Source: an uncultured Bacteroidales bacterium (GTDB lineage Bacteria; Bacteroidota; Bacteroidia; Bacteroidales; UBA932). From it: a stretch of 64,000 bases of DNA. The notes under the pieces were generated by a model. It was not told the DNA's origin. It did no database searches and saw only the letters and a program-made list of their open reading frames with translations. A program made the position numbers and the translations under genes. Every line of letters starts with the position of its first letter. The first letter of the stretch is position 1. The DNA lies in contig CAMKQN010000004.1 in assembly GCA_946414935.1 (NCBI GenBank), forward strand, positions 2,812 to 66,811, given 5' to 3'. Below, one piece after another: positions 1 to 9,948 of this stretch.

Positions 1-1035
1 GAAATGCTCTTCCAGACGCTTGCGGATGCCGTCAAGCTCTGCATATACCTCAGGCATGGCGGTCTCCAGGGACTGCAGGTGCTTGTTCTGCTCGGTCTTG
101 GTGGCCTCGTTGAGAGGGTTGGGGGTACGGATACCGGCAACCACGTCTTCGCCCTGGGCGTTGATGAGCCACTCTCCGTAGAACTTGGCCTCGCCGGTAG
201 CGGGGTTGCGGGAGAAAGCCACACCTGTAGCGGAGGTCTCACCCATATTCCCGAAGACCATGGACTGCACGTTTACGGCTGTACCCCAGTCATCGGGAAT
301 CTTTTCGATACGGCGGTAAGCAATGGCGCGCTTGCCGTTCCAGGACTTGAAAACCCCTCCGATGGAGCCCCAGAGCTGGTCCTGTGCGGTATCGGGGAAT
401 TCTACTCCGAGAACTTCCTTCACCTTAACCTTGAACTTGTCGCAGAGGGTTTTAAGTTCCTCGGCGGTAATTTCGGTATCGGACTTGTAACCGCGGGCTT
501 CCTTGAGCTCTTCCATCATGCGGTCGAGCTGCTGGCGTATGCCCTGGCCATCCTCGGGCTCAATGCCTTCAGCTTTCTCCATCACGACATCTGAATACAT
601 CATGATAAGACGGCGGTAGGCGTCATAAACGAACCTGGGATTGCCGGTTTTCTTGATCATTCCGGGAAGGGTTGCTGAGCAAAGGCCGATATTCAGGATG
701 GTATCCATCATACCCGGCATGGAGCTCCGTGCTCCTGAACGGCAGCTGACAAGGAGAGGATCTTCGGGGTCGCCGAATTTCTTGCCCATCAGCTTCTCGG
801 TGGACTCGAGAGCTGCAGCTACATCCTTTTTGAGCTCGTCGGTATAACCGCCGCCCAATTCGTAGTATTCAGCACAACATTCGGTGGTGATAGTGAAACC
901 TGCAGGGACTGGCATCCCGAGCTTGCTCATCTCGGCAAGGTTGGCACCTTTTCCACCGAGGAGCTCACGCATCTTTCCGTCGCCTTCCGCGCTTTTGCCG
1001 CCGAAGCGGTAAACCCTTTTCTTTTTCTCAAACAT
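1..1035 (-). CDS. ppdK: Pyruvate, phosphate dikinase (5' part; runs off window start)
   Basis: Not in ORF track; manual translation from ATG at 1035 gives MFEKKKRVYRFGGKSAEGDGKMRELLGGKGANLAEMSKLGMPVPAGFTITTECC, the PPDK N-terminal signature; the same frame reads AMPEVYAELDGIRKRLEEHF at the window edge. Confidence 0.95.
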   Translation of the reverse strand, partial: MFEKKKRVYRFGGKSAEGDGKMRELLGGKGANLAEMSKLGMPVPAGFTITTECCAEYYELGGGYTDELKKDVAAALESTEKLMGKKFGDPEDPLLVSCRSGARSSMPGMMDTILNIGLCSATLPGMIKKTGNPRFVYDAYRRLIMMYSDVVMEKAEGIEPEDGQGIRQQLDRMMEELKEARGYKSDTEITAEELKTLCDKFKVKVKEVLGVEFPDTAQDQLWGSIGGVFKSWNGKRAIAYRRIEKIPDDWGTAVNVQSMVFGNMGETSATGVAFSRNPATGEAKFYGEWLINAQGEDVVAGIRTPNPLNEATKTEQNKHLQSLETAMPEVYAELDGIRKRLEEHF

Positions 1036-1066
1036 AATTTTACGTCGTAAATAATTAAAAATCTTA

Positions 1067-1097
1067 CAAATTTAGTATTTTTTTTCATTACAACAAC
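1067..1097 (-). promoter_or_regulatory. Putative Bacteroidetes primary-sigma promoter for ppdK
   Basis: TAAATTTG (-7 consensus TAnnTTTG) at 1074-1067, GTTG 19 nt upstream. Confidence 0.55.
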
Positions 1098-2449
1098 TTC
1101 GCAGCCAGATCAGCAAGTTCACTTCTTTCTCCCTTACGCAGGAAAACGTGCTGGAAGAGCTTCTGCCCGTTCAATTTTTCGGACAGATGGGTGAGGCCGT
1201 TGGACCACTGGTCCAGATATGGCTGGTCAATCTGGAAGACGTCACCGGTAAAAACCATTTTGGTGCCTTCCCCGGCGCGGGTGATTATAGTCTTGATTTC
1301 GTGCGGAGTGAGGTTCTGGGCCTCATCTATGATGAAATAGCACTTCCCGAGAGAACGTCCGCGTATATACGCAAGCGGCTCTATGATAAGCTTTTCCATC
1401 GTGAGCATATTCTCTATCCGCTGGGCCTCTCGGGAGCCGGGACGAAACTGTTCCCGGATTACGTTGAGATTGTCCATCAAAGGCTGCAGGAAAGGACTCA
1501 TCTTGGTCTTCTGGTCTCCCGGAAGGAAGCCGATATCCTGATTCCCAAGTACTACCGTAGGGCGTGAAAGAATAATCTGCTCGTATTCCCGCTCCTGGGC
1601 AAGCGCTGAAGCCAAGGCCAGCAAAGTTTTTCCGGTGCCGGCGCCGCCGGTGAGGGCAACCAGCTCCACCTTAGGGTTAAGGCAGGCGTCAAGAGCCATT
1701 TTCTGCTCGTCGTTGCGGGGACGGATTCCGTATGCTTCCCTGGACTTGACGAGCACTATTTCATCCTTGTCTGCATCATAACGGGCACAAACAGTAGCAG
1801 CACCGTCCTGCGCCAGCCCGGCAGCCTTCTCTTCCCAGGCAAATTTATAGAGCCGGTTGGGAGCAGGGCGAGTCTCCTGCACCTCTTTCCAGGGTATGGA
1901 ATTGCCAGGGCCATAGCACAGGGCCTGCATCAGGTCCGAAGGCAGTTCCATCCTCAGCACCTCCCTCTGGCTCTCCTCCAGGTGCTCGTCTTCAATTTTG
2001 TCGGTGAGGTAGTCTTGCACCGCCATTCCGGCGGCTTTTGCCTTCAGGCGCAGGTTTACATCCTTTGTAACCAGAGCCACAAACGTGCCGGGATGAGTAT
2101 CCCGCACCCACATGGCAGTAGCCAGGATGCGATGATCCTGTATGTCATCTTTGAAAAGGTCTGCGAACTCCGGGGGGAAGGGGTGGTTCGGCTCTACTTT
2201 TATGCGTCCCAGGCCCTTGCCTATGGGAATGCCGTCTTTCCCGAAGGAGCGGCCGCTGGATATCTTGTCCAGGTCGCGCATGAAACCGCGGGCATGGTAG
2301 GACAGGGTGTCGTTGCCCTTCTTGAATTTGTCAGCTTCTTCTATGACAGCAGCCGGGATTACCAGGTTGTTGTCCTTGAACTGCCGTATGGCCTTGTGGT
2401 CGTGCAGGATCACATTGGTATCCAGCACGAATATTTTTGCTTTTCCCAT
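1088..2449 (-). CDS. PIN-domain + PhoH-family ATPase (PhoH2/YlaK-like)
   Basis: N-terminal PIN motif FVLDTNVILHD; Walker A GGAGTGKT; RGRS; IIDEAQN; GDVFQID. Confidence 0.93.
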   Translation of the reverse strand: MGKAKIFVLDTNVILHDHKAIRQFKDNNLVIPAAVIEEADKFKKGNDTLSYHARGFMRDLDKISSGRSFGKDGIPIGKGLGRIKVEPNHPFPPEFADLFKDDIQDHRILATAMWVRDTHPGTFVALVTKDVNLRLKAKAAGMAVQDYLTDKIEDEHLEESQREVLRMELPSDLMQALCYGPGNSIPWKEVQETRPAPNRLYKFAWEEKAAGLAQDGAATVCARYDADKDEIVLVKSREAYGIRPRNDEQKMALDACLNPKVELVALTGGAGTGKTLLALASALAQEREYEQIILSRPTVVLGNQDIGFLPGDQKTKMSPFLQPLMDNLNVIREQFRPGSREAQRIENMLTMEKLIIEPLAYIRGRSLGKCYFIIDEAQNLTPHEIKTIITRAGEGTKMVFTGDVFQIDQPYLDQWSNGLTHLSEKLNGQKLFQHVFLRKGERSELADLAAKLL

Positions 2450-2455
2450 ATATTA

Positions 2456-3523
2456 CTAATCCTCCCCTTCCGCATTCTGCATAAGGGATTCGAGTATAGT
2501 CTGTATGCCGCTGCGGTCGCGCGCCCCGAGCCTCAGGCCGCCTCCCGGCAAGGGATGCCCCAAAGGATAATAGGCCACATCCTGCAAAATGAACTCCGCA
2601 TCTATGTAGTCGAAGTCGGAGTCCCGGACCTGCAACACGGCACCGGGCACTTCAGCGAAAAAGATGCTGGCGGCGTTGTCGCAAGAAGCGGCCCGCATCA
2701 CGTCAGACACATCCACTGCAGCTCCGGTATCCTCCGTAGTCATACGTTTGAGCGCAGCTGCAAGGCCTCCGGCGCCGACGGTGGCAGCAGACATAAGTAT
2801 GCCGTCCACAGCGAGTTCCCGCACCAGCTCGAAGCAATCTATGAAGTAATCCGCATCTGTCAGCTGAGGCGCCGTACCGCCGCGGAGTCCGAGGGCCTGC
2901 GAGAGCAGGGAGCCGCCGAGCCGGAAATCCGACGTATCGAAGGGAACATAAACCAGCCAGCTGTTCGGATCGGGATGAATATGTTCTCCCACCAACAACG
3001 GAGCCCCGGAAAACGGGGTCGCAATCTTAACGCCGAAACTCCCCTGCTCCAGCACATAACGACGCAGGGCGACGCCCAAGGCGTCCATATAGTCCGCAGC
3101 CGCCTCGACGGAGGCATAAAAAGCCGACATATCCCCTACGGTGCCGGGATTGAAAGTCCACTTCACGGTGAGCGCCAGGTCATCCAGGCGGAAGTTGCCG
3201 ACCCGCCACATGGTATCCACTATAGATTCGGCTATACGTCCCCTTGTGCAGGGAGCGGCAAAAGGCACAGGAATCCGTCTCTCAAACCCTTGTATTGTAA
3301 CCAGATACGAATCTGCAAGGGCCGGGTCCGGAACGATGGGTCCCGGGGCCGGATCGATTGTCTCATCAATAACCACACCACCCTGGCCTTCCGCCTCGGG
3401 GGCCTTTTCCAAGACCGGTGCCAACAGGACCGCAGGGGTCAATTCCTGAGGCACGCCATTGATGATATATTTCGAGTACAACGCTTGCAGCATCCTGGAA
3501 GTGTAATCGTACAAATATAGCAA
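2456..3523 (-). CDS. Stand-alone, degenerate PurM-like C-terminal half of large PurL (FGAM synthase); function unknown
   Basis: LGGSLLSQALG, DADYFIDCF, GAGGL and FFAEVPG resemble the second synthetase half of PurL; no glutaminase domain; TTG start directly after upstream TAA (alternative ATG at 3493). Confidence 0.7.
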   Translation of the reverse strand: MLYLYDYTSRMLQALYSKYIINGVPQELTPAVLLAPVLEKAPEAEGQGGVVIDETIDPAPGPIVPDPALADSYLVTIQGFERRIPVPFAAPCTRGRIAESIVDTMWRVGNFRLDDLALTVKWTFNPGTVGDMSAFYASVEAAADYMDALGVALRRYVLEQGSFGVKIATPFSGAPLLVGEHIHPDPNSWLVYVPFDTSDFRLGGSLLSQALGLRGGTAPQLTDADYFIDCFELVRELAVDGILMSAATVGAGGLAAALKRMTTEDTGAAVDVSDVMRAASCDNAASIFFAEVPGAVLQVRDSDFDYIDAEFILQDVAYYPLGHPLPGGGLRLGARDRSGIQTILESLMQNAEGED

Positions 3524-6500
3524 TTATTTTGAAACCACAGGCCCCCGTCCTCCGTCATTGGCACGGCAGTGGGGAGCATAGAGCGATTCTATTTCTATGG
3601 CAGGAGTCTGGAAGGAGCCTTCCTGGGTCACGAAGAACTCCTCATTTATGACAGTATTCTCTTCCGGATAACTGTCGAACCAATATTCGGTCTTGTCGGC
3701 GAGCACATTGCGGTAACCCTGAGGACTGAAAGTCCAGCCGCCGTAACTGAGAGGGGCGGCCCACCAGCCGTAGTGGCCTGAAAGCTGGGCGACGGGACGG
3801 AATGAGGCCGGACGGGGAGCGCTGAGGCGCACGAAGCTGCGGTTTTCCTCGCTCCAGATGTGATAGCAGGCGGTAAGCTTGTCCCCCACCTTCAGCACAT
3901 CTCCGTCGGAGATATGGTGTCCGTTTACCATCCAGTCACAGGACAGTTTGAAACCGTTGCCGCTTGCCTTGACCTCCGCGAATGGCTTGGTGAAGCCGGC
4001 GCTTATCAGGATGACTTTGGTGGCAAGGGTTTCGGGAGTGCCACGCAGCACGGATGCAAGGGCCTCTATGTAAGCGGCGTCGTCGCCCCATTTCTGGGTT
4101 TCCTTCTGGACCATCAGCCAGAGCCGTATTCCTTCGGCGATGGTGCCGGCCGAAGGCCTGTCACCGCCTCCCTGTCGTGTCTTGCTGTCGGGAGCGACGG
4201 AGCTGATGAGGTCGCAGAGCAAGGCGTGAGCATAGAGTTCACTTTCCATCAGTCCGCGCCATGGCATTACGGCGTTGGGATAATAATAACCTCCGCTGAC
4301 ATGCTCCACAGCATACTGGAGTAGCGACTCCACATCCGCATCGAGAGAGCGCAAGATGCACTTTTTCATAGTAATACCCCAAGCCTTTGCGAGCTTGGCA
4401 CCGTTTTCGTCAAGTGCCAGCAGCTGGAGCGTCCGCAGGCGGCGGGCCTTGTCCAGTATCTGTCCGTTCAGACCGCGCTTTGCTCCCGGTACCAAATATG
4501 CCTTTACGTCCTTCTTGAACTGCTTGTATGCTTTGCCCGAGGGAGCCTCGAAGGGCACGGACGGGTACATAGCCCGCGTCTGGAGGTATTTGGCAAGCGA
4601 AATTGCGCCGCACCACCATGGGCGCCCTTCGCTGCGTAAATAATCCTTGTCCAGATATTTCACCGCGGCTTCGATATCCAAAGCCGGACAGTCCAGATCC
4701 GGCATGGCGAAGATACGCTGAAGCACAGCGGCCGTGATGACCGGCGACGATTCCATGCCTTCGAACCAGGATATGCCGCCGCTCTGGTTCTGACAAGCCG
4801 CTATCTTCCCGGCAATCTCCTGAAGTTCAGCATCTTCCAGGCCGGCCGCTCCGAGCCGCCTGGCGAGGCCGTTGGCATACCAGGCTTCCGTAAGACTCAG
4901 CACGTCCTTGCCTTTGGGGGCAATCTTGTCGGGCACGGCTTCGCGTACCATATCGATAATGCTGCGTTCCTGCGGCTCGATAGCCGAAGCGTCCACGTTC
5001 ACGAACAGGGAGCGAAGCTCGGCCACCAGCCTGTCTCTGTCGGCAGGATTGCGAAGAAGGGCGGAATGTGCCTCCGTGAGGGTCTGGAAAGGAATCTTGA
5101 CAGGAACGGTGACGAACAGGGCGTCACCTGCTGCGCCTTCAGCCTCAGGGACGAAATTCACCAGGACGCCCAGTTCCTTAACCCCGGAGGGCACCTTGAA
5201 AGGAGCGTCGAAAGGCACGGCCGACCCGGCAGGCAGATTCACGGCCGACTCTTTCACGGCCAGGACTTTGGAGTTGCGGTAATCTTTGCCGTCGTAGAAA
5301 CGTACAGCCAGACGGCCGCTGACAGACTCGTCGAGCGTACTTGCCAGGGATACCCGGGCGGTATAGATGTCGCCTTCGTACAGGAACTGAGGCTCCACCA
5401 TGGAAAGCTTCACCGGGATGGTAATCTGCATCTCCCGGCGTATGGCAGCGTTGCGCATGCCGACTGCATGGGCAAAAAGCTGTACGTAATAGGTAGACAA
5501 GCGGTCGGCACCCTTGAACTTCATCTCTATGGTACCGTCCGGCCCGGAACGGAGAACAGGCTCCCAGGCCATCGTAGCTGCAAAGTCTTCCCGTATGGCA
5601 GGCTCCTGGGATTTGGCGGCAAGCATATCTGACTCCTCGGCCCGTGACTCCAACAATACAGCATCATTCCTCTGTTCCATAGCGGCCTCACGGTACACGG
5701 CACCGCCTGCAGCCTTTGCCATCGCTTTGGTCTCATACCCGTAGTAGCGGTGAACATCGGTCTGGTTGACACCGCACATTTTGAGGTAATAGACAGAAGG
5801 TTCTGGCAGACGGAAGAGCCGCACAGCATCCCACACGTTGGGGCAGATAGTCTCGGAAGCCTTGTCGAAAATGGTTGCCGCACACTCCACGCCAGCCTCG
5901 GTCTGTATGAGCAGGGAGCACTCCTGCCCCGGACGCGCTTTGTCCGTAAAGCGGGTGAACTGAAGCGGAAGGGCTATGGATTTCACCGGCAGGCTGATGC
6001 TGCGGGTGTAGGAATATTCGTTTCCGTTGCGGAACCACAAAACACTGAGTTTCAGGGATTCCGGCCAATCATCACGGCGCTTGTAGCTTATGGTGGTCAA
6101 GGATCCGGGGGCCCCTCGCCTGCCTTCCAAACGGACTATCTGGCAGTCCAGCAATATATTGCCGCTTCCGAAGAGCTCCGCTACGGCCCAGACGGGACCG
6201 TCGGTAGCTCCTACCTGCAGGGCTATATCCTCCCCGCCCAGTTCCTTGAAGAAGCACTCTACGTCCATATTCAGGGAATTGTCCGCATCAGAAGCCTTCA
6301 CGAAGGAGTCGGTCAGCTCAGTTTTCTCGTTTCTGCTCCCGTCGGCCATTATCGCGGAAGCTTTGGTCTTTATGACGTACATCCCCGAAGGCAGGGACTT
6401 CACCGGCATATGAATCTCTTCTCCGGGATTTGCATTTCCTTCTGCTACAACCTGTTTGCTTTGTTCGGAAACAAGCTGCCACTGTATCTTCAGGCTTTCC

Positions 6501-8689
6501 CGCACAAGCCCGCCGGTATTGAAACGGATGTCGGCAGTATCATCCCGTACAATCCAATCGGAATAGCCGGTGAACAATTGGCCTTTGGCGGTGAAACGGC
6601 CGGGGGTGTTGTTCATCAACTCAAGATGCAGCGGCACGCTGCCGTAAACCTGCTTGCCGGTAGAAAAAGCCAAAGTCTCCCCGGTAGCATCAGTCACGAT
6701 GACGGAAACAGGGTAAAACCAGCGGTAATTGTCTTTGTCGGCGAGGAATTCGAAGGAGAAGCTGCCGTCCGGGCCAAGTTTCAGTTCGTCGCTTACATTT
6801 TCCCGTCCGGCCATTCCCACCTCATAGCGCACCACCGCATTGGCAGCGGAATGTCCGGAGTAGGATATCACTTTTCCGGATACTTTCACCTTGTCCCCCG
6901 GCATATAGAGATTGTTGTCTTCATCCCATACAAGTTCGAAGGTAGGCAATACGAACTCATCCACACGCAGTTCTGCCGTGGTTACCGTATAATCGCCCTG
7001 CATCAAGGTCAGGCGGAAAATGCCGCCGCGTGAGACTTTATCCAGGGAAAAACTTCCGTACACAGAACCGAACTCATTGGTAATAAGTTCTTTACGGGCG
7101 ATTTCCTTGTTCTCCGGATCGGTCAGCGTCACGCTAACTTTCTCCCCCTCCGGTACCAGAGAGTATTCGTAGGTTCCTTTGTAACAGATAGCCTTGAATT
7201 GGACGGTCTCGCCCGGATTGAAGGCGCTGCGGTCCGTAAGTATTACCGCCCGCCTCGCACTCCCGCCGCCGTAACGGTATTCCGACGGCTTGGCATCTCC
7301 TATGCCGACACTCCGGGAACTGCATACCCTGCCGGCGCTGTCGGTAAAGCGCGCCTTGATCCGGTAGTAGCCGCTCTTTTGGGAGGCCTTGTTTTTCAGG
7401 GCATCCGGCAAAGGGGCAAAGCCTTTGGAAGAACTGAAGTCTTTTGCAGAAGCCAGCCGCATTCCGTCAGAATCCAGCAGTACCAGTTCGCAATTGTCCA
7501 CCGGCTTACCGGTAATATAATCGGCGACAAAGACCCTGTAGCCCTCTGAATCCGGGCGCACGGCTATGGACAAGGAGTACTTGAGGTAAATCGAACGATG
7601 CTCGCAATCTCCTGATTTACAAAGCAATTCATATTCATCATCGTCGATGGCAGGGATTTTTACTTCCATCGCATCCCGGCAGTAATAGCTGTTCTGCTTG
7701 TTGGTAAGGTCGGTTTCCCATGCGACCAGGTCACCCTTGGACAGAACCACTTTCAAGTTCTTGACATTCCTCAACGACAGGCTGAGCACATCATCTTTGA
7801 TGTTCGCGTCTATATCTTTCCCGTCCAGGGTTTTGATTAGCCCGGCAACCGAAGTGCAGCAATCCGCTATGCGCTTTTCGCCGCCGGTGAAACTGCCACG
7901 CTCCTTTTCGAACTCCACGCACTTACTTCTAAGTTTCTTATAATCAGCAGGATTCTTTGACTCCGCACGATTCAGGTCATCGAACTCCCAACCCAGCAGG
8001 CGCTGCCGTGCCATAAGGCTCACGGCTTTGCCTTCATAACTCTTCGCATACTCATTGAGCCGGTTTTCTACACTTTTATCGCGGTAGGAAGAAATACCGG
8101 CAAATTCGATAAAAGCCTCCTCGGGATAACGGCCTGCATAGTACTCCCTGATTTCGCTTTCTCGTCCGCCGCCGAACAAACTCCACAAGGCGTATTCATA
8201 ATCGTTCTTCAGCAAGGGAAGCAGGGCTTCGCTGAATACTTTGGAAGAAGATACCCTGTAGTCCCTTTTATGGAACTCAGGATTAAAGGATTGCAGCAGC
8301 TCGCCTTTATGCTCCTTTACATACGCGCTCAGCTGGCCGGACTTCCATATGCTGTTGAAATGGAAGAACTGAACCACCGGCAAGGCAGCCTCGCTTACCG
8401 CCTTGCTGAACTCCGCCTGGGCGGTACTGCGGTCTTTCCAGTTGATGTTGCTGCGCACGGACACGACACGCTGGGCGGCATCATACCAATCCCAGGACAG
8501 TTTTTTTGCAGCGGCCTCTGTCTTGATAGCTTCAAGAGCTTTGAGCTGGTCTTGCGGACGGTCCGCTTCTTCAGCCTTGTAGTAGGTTTTCCACAGACTC
8601 ACGAGAGTATGTCCGGCCGAGTCCTTGGTTTGCGGGAAAGAAGTCATAGCGGGAAAAATGAATGCCAGGAAAAGTACTAGTCGTTTCAT
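3524..8689 (-). CDS. Bacterial alpha-2-macroglobulin family protein
   Basis: 1721 aa, signal peptide; MG2 motif TDRSAFNPGETVQFK; EFGSVYGSF; VDEFVLPTFE; IREDFAATMAW; C-terminal GSFQTPAIEIESLYAPH; no CxEQ thioester motif. Confidence 0.88.
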   Translation of the reverse strand: MKRLVLFLAFIFPAMTSFPQTKDSAGHTLVSLWKTYYKAEEADRPQDQLKALEAIKTEAAAKKLSWDWYDAAQRVVSVRSNINWKDRSTAQAEFSKAVSEAALPVVQFFHFNSIWKSGQLSAYVKEHKGELLQSFNPEFHKRDYRVSSSKVFSEALLPLLKNDYEYALWSLFGGGRESEIREYYAGRYPEEAFIEFAGISSYRDKSVENRLNEYAKSYEGKAVSLMARQRLLGWEFDDLNRAESKNPADYKKLRSKCVEFEKERGSFTGGEKRIADCCTSVAGLIKTLDGKDIDANIKDDVLSLSLRNVKNLKVVLSKGDLVAWETDLTNKQNSYYCRDAMEVKIPAIDDDEYELLCKSGDCEHRSIYLKYSLSIAVRPDSEGYRVFVADYITGKPVDNCELVLLDSDGMRLASAKDFSSSKGFAPLPDALKNKASQKSGYYRIKARFTDSAGRVCSSRSVGIGDAKPSEYRYGGGSARRAVILTDRSAFNPGETVQFKAICYKGTYEYSLVPEGEKVSVTLTDPENKEIARKELITNEFGSVYGSFSLDKVSRGGIFRLTLMQGDYTVTTAELRVDEFVLPTFELVWDEDNNLYMPGDKVKVSGKVISYSGHSAANAVVRYEVGMAGRENVSDELKLGPDGSFSFEFLADKDNYRWFYPVSVIVTDATGETLAFSTGKQVYGSVPLHLELMNNTPGRFTAKGQLFTGYSDWIVRDDTADIRFNTGGLVRESLKIQWQLVSEQSKQVVAEGNANPGEEIHMPVKSLPSGMYVIKTKASAIMADGSRNEKTELTDSFVKASDADNSLNMDVECFFKELGGEDIALQVGATDGPVWAVAELFGSGNILLDCQIVRLEGRRGAPGSLTTISYKRRDDWPESLKLSVLWFRNGNEYSYTRSISLPVKSIALPLQFTRFTDKARPGQECSLLIQTEAGVECAATIFDKASETICPNVWDAVRLFRLPEPSVYYLKMCGVNQTDVHRYYGYETKAMAKAAGGAVYREAAMEQRNDAVLLESRAEESDMLAAKSQEPAIREDFAATMAWEPVLRSGPDGTIEMKFKGADRLSTYYVQLFAHAVGMRNAAIRREMQITIPVKLSMVEPQFLYEGDIYTARVSLASTLDESVSGRLAVRFYDGKDYRNSKVLAVKESAVNLPAGSAVPFDAPFKVPSGVKELGVLVNFVPEAEGAAGDALFVTVPVKIPFQTLTEAHSALLRNPADRDRLVAELRSLFVNVDASAIEPQERSIIDMVREAVPDKIAPKGKDVLSLTEAWYANGLARRLGAAGLEDAELQEIAGKIAACQNQSGGISWFEGMESSPVITAAVLQRIFAMPDLDCPALDIEAAVKYLDKDYLRSEGRPWWCGAISLAKYLQTRAMYPSVPFEAPSGKAYKQFKKDVKAYLVPGAKRGLNGQILDKARRLRTLQLLALDENGAKLAKAWGITMKKCILRSLDADVESLLQYAVEHVSGGYYYPNAVMPWRGLMESELYAHALLCDLISSVAPDSKTRQGGGDRPSAGTIAEGIRLWLMVQKETQKWGDDAAYIEALASVLRGTPETLATKVILISAGFTKPFAEVKASGNGFKLSCDWMVNGHHISDGDVLKVGDKLTACYHIWSEENRSFVRLSAPRPASFRPVAQLSGHYGWWAAPLSYGGWTFSPQGYRNVLADKTEYWFDSYPEENTVINEEFFVTQEGSFQTPAIEIESLYAPHCRANDGGRGPVVSK

Positions 8690-9948
8690 ATCGTATCAAT
8701 AAATGTTATAGCTTCGGACACCACAAAGGTGCTTCCGCCTATGTATATTATCGGATCTTGCAGTGCGGAGGCACGTGCAAGGGCCTGTTTTATCCCTTGC
8801 GTCACCTTGCCTGCAGATACCCCGTGAAACGTGTTCAATTTCAGTGCCAAGGCCTCCAGAGGAAGCGCCCTTGGCGTTTCCGGCTCCACGAAATAATACT
8901 CGGCATCTGGAGGCAAGAGCGGCTTGATGTCGTCTATGGCCTTGTCTGCCATTACTCCGTAAACTATCAGGAGAGGCCTGCCGGCCCGGATAGCGGCGAG
9001 CTTCTCGAAATTGGCTTTCAGGGCCGGGGGATTATGGCCTATATCACATATAATCAGAGGATTGCGGTGAAGGATCTCCCATCTTCCGCGCAAGCCTGTA
9101 ATGGCTGCGGCCCTGGTTATTGCCTTGAATGTAACGGCTTTCTTATCCGCCGGCAGATGCAGCAGGCATAAAGCCGCCAGCACGGTGCGGAGGTTCAATT
9201 CTATGCAAGCACCGCCAAGATCCATTTCGGAGACGGGAAAGTTGCAGGGCACGGGATAATCTTCGGCATAAAACAAGTCTGAGCCTGCAGAAGCGGCGAC
9301 GCGTTCGAACACCGGCGAGGTTTCGGGGTCGCGGCCCCATACCAGGGCAGGCACACCGGGTTTGAAGATACCGGCCTTCTCAAACGCGATCTCAGCTCTT
9401 GTATTGCCAAGCAAGTCGCAGTGGTCCAGACCTATGGAACTTATCACCGACAAGTCCGGAGTGATTATGTTGGTGCTGTCCAGGCGGCCTCCAAGGCCGG
9501 TTTCTATTACAGCTATGTCCACCTCCTTTTCCGCGAACCAGCTGAATGCCATGCCTGTTGTTATCTCGAAAAAACTCAAGCCGTCCTTGTCGAAGCATTC
9601 CATGAAACGGCACACCGCAGACCGGGAAATCATAGTTGAACTCAGGCGCCCTCCCGACCGGCGTACAATCTTCATACGCTCCCGGAAATCAATCAAATGC
9701 GGCGAAGTATAGAGCCCTACCCGAAAGCCTTCGGCGGCCAGTGCGGCGGCCAGCATCGAACATACGGAACCTTTACCGTTCGTGCCGGCCACATGGATAC
9801 AGCGGAAGCGGCGCTCAGGATGGCCGAGGAAATCCGCATAAGAAGCCATAGCCTCAAGTCCGGGCTTGTAGGCATCCCCCTTGAAACCGGCATCGCGTAC
9901 GCTCCGGTGCCGCTCATAAAGCGCCTTTACTACCGCATCGTAATCCAT
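8686..9948 (-). CDS. folC: Folylpolyglutamate synthase/dihydrofolate synthase
   Basis: IHVAGTNGKGS, YTSPHL, ETGLGGRLDSTN, DIGHN; start reassigned to ATG 9948 (TAATG overlap with upstream stop). Confidence 0.93.
   Translation of the reverse strand: MDYDAVVKALYERHRSVRDAGFKGDAYKPGLEAMASYADFLGHPERRFRCIHVAGTNGKGSVCSMLAAALAAEGFRVGLYTSPHLIDFRERMKIVRRSGGRLSSTMISRSAVCRFMECFDKDGLSFFEITTGMAFSWFAEKEVDIAVIETGLGGRLDSTNIITPDLSVISSIGLDHCDLLGNTRAEIAFEKAGIFKPGVPALVWGRDPETSPVFERVAASAGSDLFYAEDYPVPCNFPVSEMDLGGACIELNLRTVLAALCLLHLPADKKAVTFKAITRAAAITGLRGRWEILHRNPLIICDIGHNPPALKANFEKLAAIRAGRPLLIVYGVMADKAIDDIKPLLPPDAEYYFVEPETPRALPLEALALKLNTFHGVSAGKVTQGIKQALARASALQDPIIYIGGSTFVVSEAITFIDTI

Noticed and set aside
4-847. 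+ strand ORFs of 196 and 68 aa
   Set aside because: Antisense shadows of ppdK, which the ORF track missed because its stop is outside the window
1982-3520. 512-aa + strand ORF
   Set aside because: Antisense to phoH and the PurL-like gene, no motifs; long shadow frames are expected at this GC and codon bias
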